Below the pieces are notes generated by a model. The model saw nothing but the letters and a program-made list of their open reading frames with translations. It ran no database searches and had not been told where the DNA came from. Positions 59,608 through 64,000 of a stretch of DNA of 64,000 bases are shown one piece after another. Source of the DNA: an uncultured Nocardioides sp. (GTDB taxonomy: Bacteria; Actinomycetota; Actinomycetes; Propionibacteriales; Nocardioidaceae); assembly GCF_947489365.1 (NCBI RefSeq), contig NZ_CANLDB010000007.1, forward strand, positions 25,068 through 89,067. Direction: 5' to 3'. Both the position numbers and the translations under genes were made by a program. Each line of letters begins with the position of its first letter. Within the stretch, counting starts at the first letter, position 1.

Positions 59608-61575
59608 TCAGCGCGGGACCAGGGTGTCGCTGGCGGGCTGACCGGCCTCGCCGAGGCGACCGTTGTCGCGGCCGTCGAGCGTGGTCTCGATCGCCCCGCC
59701 GTCGGAGGACTCGATGCGGACCGGCGGCGCGAGCTCGAGCTCGGTGCTCTCCCCCATGGCGAGGTCGCCGGTGTACTGGATGTCACCCTGCCCGTCGGTG
59801 ATCGTGACCGTCGCGCCGCCGGCCACGGCGGTGACGACGAGCGGCACCGGCTCGGCGACGGGGGCCGGGGACGCGGGCCCGGCGGACCCGTTGAGCGACG
59901 GGACCGGGGCCAGGTCGACCGGGTCGTCCAGCACGAGGCGGGCGATGGACCAGGCGAGCACGACGACCATCACCGCGGCGACGAGCACCGTCCACGACGG
60001 CCCGCCGCGGGTGCCCCGGATGGAGCCGTGCGAGCCGGTGGCCAGCTCGGCCGCGAAGACGCGGCGCGGGTCGATCGGGGCGTCGGAGTAGCGCTCGTCG
60101 TACCGCGCGAGCAGCGGGGCGGCGTCCACGCCGAGGACCCGCGCCAGGGTGCGGAGGTGGCCACGGGCGTAGAAGTCGCCGCCGCAGGGCGCGAAGTCGT
60201 CGACCTCGATGGACTCGATCACGTGGGGCCGGATGCGCGTGCGCTCGGCGAGCTGGTCGACCGACAGCGACAGCCGGGTGCGGGCGGCGGCGAGCTCGGG
60301 CCCGACGACGGGGTCCGCGGCGGGCTCCACGTCGAAGTCGTCGATGGCCAGGGGCTCGACCGGGGCGCCGCCCCGGGCGATCGGGCGGACCCGGGCGCCC
60401 CAGACCTCGTCGTCACCGACGAGGTCGACGCTGCCCGGACGCCGCAGCTCGCGGACCTCGGGCAACGCGCCGGCCGTCTCCGTCCGGGTCGCGACGGGGT
60501 CGGCGTGGCGGACCTCGCTGCGCGCGGCACCGCGGCGGTCACGGGCCGGCTCGGGGGTCGCGGTGACCTCCTCGGTGTCCTCGACCTCGTGGTCGACCTC
60601 GTGCTCGACCTGGTCGCCGACCGCCGGTCGGGACTCCTCGCGGTCCGCGGCATCGCGGTCCTCGACCCCGCGGTCGTCGTCGCGGTCGTCGTCGAGCTCG
60701 TCGCGCTCGTCGTCGCGGTCGGACAGCCAGGCGATGAACCGGGCGATCGTCGGGCGGGGGTCGCGGACGCGGCGCTCGGCCGGGCCCTGCCCGTCGTCCT
60801 CGGTCGGCTCGTCCTGCTCGAGGGGCTCGTCACGGTCCAGGGGCTCGAGCGGCTCGGGCTCGGCGACCGGGGCGACGGGGGTGGTCGCCGCCGCGGTGGG
60901 CTCGGTGACGACCCGGGGCTCGGCGTCGGGAGTGACCTCGACGACCTGGGTGTCGGAGCCGGCGAGGCCACGGAGGACGTCGCCGACCTCGTCGGCGGAG
61001 ACGCCGGACAGGCGGGTGGAGAGGCTCAGCGGGACGGCGAACGGCGCGCCGTGGAGGCGCGCGGCGACCCCGGCGTGGCGGCGGCCCGAGCGGTCGAGGC
61101 CCTCGAGCAGCGGGGTGGTGGCCCGCGGGACCAGGACGATCCGGCCGTCGCGGCCGAGGCCGCGACGGGGGTGGTGCTCGATGCGGTCGAGGCCCCGCCA
61201 GGGCAGGCCCTCCCAGGTGCGGCCGAGGCGGACGCGGACGCCGTGGGCGTCGGCGACGAGCAGCGGCGTCCGGGCGTCGAGCAGGCTCCACAGCCAGGCG
61301 ACCGCGAGGACCGCGGTGACGCCGGTGAGCGCCCAGTCCAGCGGCGCGCCGGTCGTGGTGGCCCGCCCGAGGTAGGCGATGGCGACCGCCGCGGCCACCA
61401 CCCCCACGACCCCGGCGAGAACCCGGTTGCGCCGGACCTCGACCACCCGTGGCTCCGGTCGCTCCGCGGGGCCGTGGGCCCGCGAGCCCTCGCCCTCGCC
61501 GTCGACCGCCGTCATGGAGGTCGCGGGCGCACCCGTGGTGACCCCGTGGTCCTCGAACCGCTCTGCTGCACCCAT
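59608..61575 (-). CDS. RodZ-like protein (HTH + TM + DUF4115) with a long N-terminal 2-TM/soluble extension
   Basis: [53 protein letters not shown]; lies between ftsK and rimO; TGATG-coupled to ftsK. Confidence 0.85.
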   Translation of the reverse strand: MGAAERFEDHGVTTGAPATSMTAVDGEGEGSRAHGPAERPEPRVVEVRRNRVLAGVVGVVAAAVAIAYLGRATTTGAPLDWALTGVTAVLAVAWLWSLLDARTPLLVADAHGVRVRLGRTWEGLPWRGLDRIEHHPRRGLGRDGRIVLVPRATTPLLEGLDRSGRRHAGVAARLHGAPFAVPLSLSTRLSGVSADEVGDVLRGLAGSDTQVVEVTPDAEPRVVTEPTAAATTPVAPVAEPEPLEPLDRDEPLEQDEPTEDDGQGPAERRVRDPRPTIARFIAWLSDRDDERDELDDDRDDDRGVEDRDAADREESRPAVGDQVEHEVDHEVEDTEEVTATPEPARDRRGAARSEVRHADPVATRTETAGALPEVRELRRPGSVDLVGDDEVWGARVRPIARGGAPVEPLAIDDFDVEPAADPVVGPELAAARTRLSLSVDQLAERTRIRPHVIESIEVDDFAPCGGDFYARGHLRTLARVLGVDAAPLLARYDERYSDAPIDPRRVFAAELATGSHGSIRGTRGGPSWTVLVAAVMVVVLAWSIARLVLDDPVDLAPVPSLNGSAGPASPAPVAEPVPLVVTAVAGGATVTITDGQGDIQYTGDLAMGESTELELAPPVRIESSDGGAIETTLDGRDNGRLGEAGQPASDTLVPR

Positions 61576-64000
61576 CACTGCTCTCCCTGCACCGTGGCGA
61601 TGACGCCGTCGACCTCGTCGGGCTTCACGAGCACGTCCCGCGCCTTGGAGCCCTCGCTGGGCCCCACGACGCCACGGCTCTCCAGGATGTCCATCAGTCG
61701 TCCGGCCTTCGCGAACCCGACGCGCAGCTTGCGCTGCAGCATCGAGGTCGAGCCGAACTGCGTGGAGACGACGAGCTCGATGGCCTGGACCACCAGCTCG
61801 AGGTCGTCGCCGATGTCGTCGTCCAGCTCGCGCTTGGACGTCGCGGCGACGGTGACGTCCTCGCGGTACGTCGGTGTCAGCTGCTCCTTGCAGTGCGCGA
61901 CCACCTGGGCGATCTCGCCCTCGGTCACCCACGAGCCCTGCACGCGGACCGGCTTCGAGGCCCCCATCGGCAGGAACAGGCCGTCACCCTGGCCCACGAG
62001 CTTCTCCGCGCCCGGCTGGTCGAGGATGACCCGGCTGTCGGCCAGCGAGGAGGTCGCGAACGCGAGCCGCGACGGCACGTTGGCCTTGATCAGGCCGGTG
62101 ACGACGTCCACCGAGGGGCGCTGGGTGGCGAGGATCAGGTGGATCCCCGCGGCCCGCGCCAGCTGGGTGATGCGGACGACGGCGTCCTCGACGTCGCGCG
62201 GCGCCACCATCATCAGGTCGGCGAGCTCGTCGACGACGACGCAGAGGTACGGGTACGGCGTGAGCTCGCGCTCGCTGCCCGGCGGCACCTCGACCTTGCC
62301 CGCACGCACGGCGCGGTTGAAGTCGTCGATGTGGCGGAACCCGAAGTTGGCGAGGTCGTCGTACCGCATGTCCATCTCGCGCACGACCCACGCCAGCGCC
62401 TCGGCGGCCTTCTTCGGGTTGGTGATGATCGGGGTGATGAGGTGCGGGATGCCCTCGTAGGCGTTCAGCTCGACCCGCTTGGGATCGACCAGGATCATCC
62501 GCACCTCGTCGGGCGTGGAGCGCATCAGCACCGAGGTGATCATCGAGTTGATGAAGCTCGACTTGCCGGAGCCGGTGGCGCCGGCGACCAGCAGGTGCGG
62601 CATCTTCGCGAGGTTCGCGACGACGAAACCGCCCTCGACGTCCTTCCCGAGCCCCGCGACCATCGGGTGGTGGTCGCCGCGGGCGACGTTCGAGCGGAGC
62701 ACGTCGCCGAGGGAGACGATCTCCTTGTCGAGGTTCGGGATCTCGATCCCGATCGCCGACTTGCCCGGGATGGGCGACAGGATCCGGACGTCGGCGCTGG
62801 CGACGGCGTACGCGATGTTCTTGCTCAGCGCGGTGACCTTCTCCACCTTCACCGCGGGGCCGAGCTCGACCTCGTAGCGGGTGACCGTCGGGCCGCGGGT
62901 GTAGCCGGTGACGGTGGCGTCGATGGTGAACTCGCTCATCACCTGCGTGAGGCGGTCGACCACGGCGTCGCTGGCCTTCGACCGCGCCTTGTGCACCGAA
63001 CCGGGCTTCAGGACCTCGTGGTTCGGCAGGGAGTAGGTGACGTCGCCGGACAGCGCGAGCTGCTCGACGCGCTGCGGCAGGTCCGCGTGCGGCGGCGGCT
63101 CCAGGTCGACCTTCTCCTCCGGCTCGGCCCGCGCGCCGGGGCGGCGGCGGGGCGAGGTCGGGGTGGGCTCGGCGGCCACGAGGTCGAGCGCGGGGTCCAC
63201 GGAGGCGTGCCCGTCGTCGGGGGCGACGTCGGCCACGGCGTCCGGGGACCCGGTGGCCGGCCCGTCCCAGTCGTCGTCGAGCTCCTGCGCGACGTCGAGG
63301 GGGTCGCGCCCGGTACGACGACCGCGGCGGGGGGTGGGCTCGGCGAGCACCGGCGAGTCGTAGGCGGGGTCGCCGTCCCAGGGGTCCAGCTCGGGCTCGT
63401 CGTGGTCGTGGCGGTCCGCGCCGGGGGTCATGCCCATGAGGCGCTCGTAGCCCTCGCGCAGCCGCGTCGGCACCCGGTGGACCGGGGTGGCGGTGATGAC
63501 GAGGAGACCGAACAGGGCGAGGAGGACCAGCAGCGGCACCACCAGGTACGGCGTCCGCAGCAGGTCGAGCAGCAGGCTCGCGACCACGAAGCCGACGGCG
63601 CCGCCGCCCTCACGGAGCGGGGTGGCGTCGCCGAGCACGGGCTGCGGGTCGCCCGCGGCGATGTGGACGACGCCGAGGACGCCGAAGGCCAGCGCGGTCC
63701 ACCCGATGACCTGGCGGCCCACGGGGCCGTTGCGCTCGGGGTCGCGCATCGTGCGCCAGCCCATCGCGACCAGCATCAGCGGCACGAGCCAGCCGACGGT
63801 GCCGACGGAGCCGGTGACGATCGTGCGGACCAGCTCCATCGCCCCGCCGGGCAGCTGGAACCAGACGCCGGTGGCCACGACCAGCGCGAGGCCGACCATG
63901 AGCAGCCCGGCGCCGTCGCGGCGGTGCTCGGGCTCGAGCTCGCGGGCGCCGTGGCCGGCCCGTCGCACGACGGAGGCGACGGCGGTGGCCGCACCGCTCC
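61575..64000 (-). CDS. ftsK: DNA translocase FtsK (5' end outside the window)
   Basis: [59 protein letters not shown], gamma-domain [21 protein letters not shown]. Confidence 0.97.
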   Translation of the reverse strand, partial: SGAATAVASVVRRAGHGARELEPEHRRDGAGLLMVGLALVVATGVWFQLPGGAMELVRTIVTGSVGTVGWLVPLMLVAMGWRTMRDPERNGPVGRQVIGWTALAFGVLGVVHIAAGDPQPVLGDATPLREGGGAVGFVVASLLLDLLRTPYLVVPLLVLLALFGLLVITATPVHRVPTRLREGYERLMGMTPGADRHDHDEPELDPWDGDPAYDSPVLAEPTPRRGRRTGRDPLDVAQELDDDWDGPATGSPDAVADVAPDDGHASVDPALDLVAAEPTPTSPRRRPGARAEPEEKVDLEPPPHADLPQRVEQLALSGDVTYSLPNHEVLKPGSVHKARSKASDAVVDRLTQVMSEFTIDATVTGYTRGPTVTRYEVELGPAVKVEKVTALSKNIAYAVASADVRILSPIPGKSAIGIEIPNLDKEIVSLGDVLRSNVARGDHHPMVAGLGKDVEGGFVVANLAKMPHLLVAGATGSGKSSFINSMITSVLMRSTPDEVRMILVDPKRVELNAYEGIPHLITPIITNPKKAAEALAWVVREMDMRYDDLANFGFRHIDDFNRAVRAGKVEVPPGSERELTPYPYLCVVVDELADLMMVAPRDVEDAVVRITQLARAAGIHLILATQRPSVDVVTGLIKANVPSRLAFATSSLADSRVILDQPGAEKLVGQGDGLFLPMGASKPVRVQGSWVTEGEIAQVVAHCKEQLTPTYREDVTVAATSKRELDDDIGDDLELVVQAIELVVSTQFGSTSMLQRKLRVGFAKAGRLMDILESRGVVGPSEGSKARDVLVKPDEVDGVIATVQGEQ

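Overview
High-GC actinobacterial chromosome segment; gene content and order suggest Nocardioides or a relative (inference). From left to right: the end of a surface-glycan locus (two GT4s, sulfotransferases, a secreted beta-propeller/malectin protein, a PMI cupin, a priming sugar transferase) with an adjacent NarL-type two-component system; a PucR/hydrolase/SDR cassette; an ABC system whose ATPase is fused to an extracellular S15-type hydrolase; K+ uptake genes; an AidB-like acyl-CoA dehydrogenase plus a methyltransferase; dctA with a CitAB-type TCS; glyA; a sulfite-assimilation operon with an unannotated Cys leader peptide; ppk2-HipA-like kinase-DUF3037; recX-recA with both LexA and PafBC-type promoter motifs; an 8-gene cluster resembling the M. 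tuberculosis methylthioxylose (MTX) pathway; then DUF3046, GNAT, lhr, clgR, a large ExeM nuclease/5'-nucleotidase fusion, pgsA, rimO, a rodZ-like gene and partial ftsK. The MTX-like cluster carries three extra genes (a methyltransferase, a cytochrome-b/molybdoenzyme fusion and a small membrane protein) and is the best candidate for an undescribed system, possibly a redox-recyclable thioether sugar on the cell surface. No rRNA, tRNA, CRISPR array or transposase was recognised. All family calls come from reading motifs by eye, not from database searches. Several start codons were re-assigned from the ORF track.
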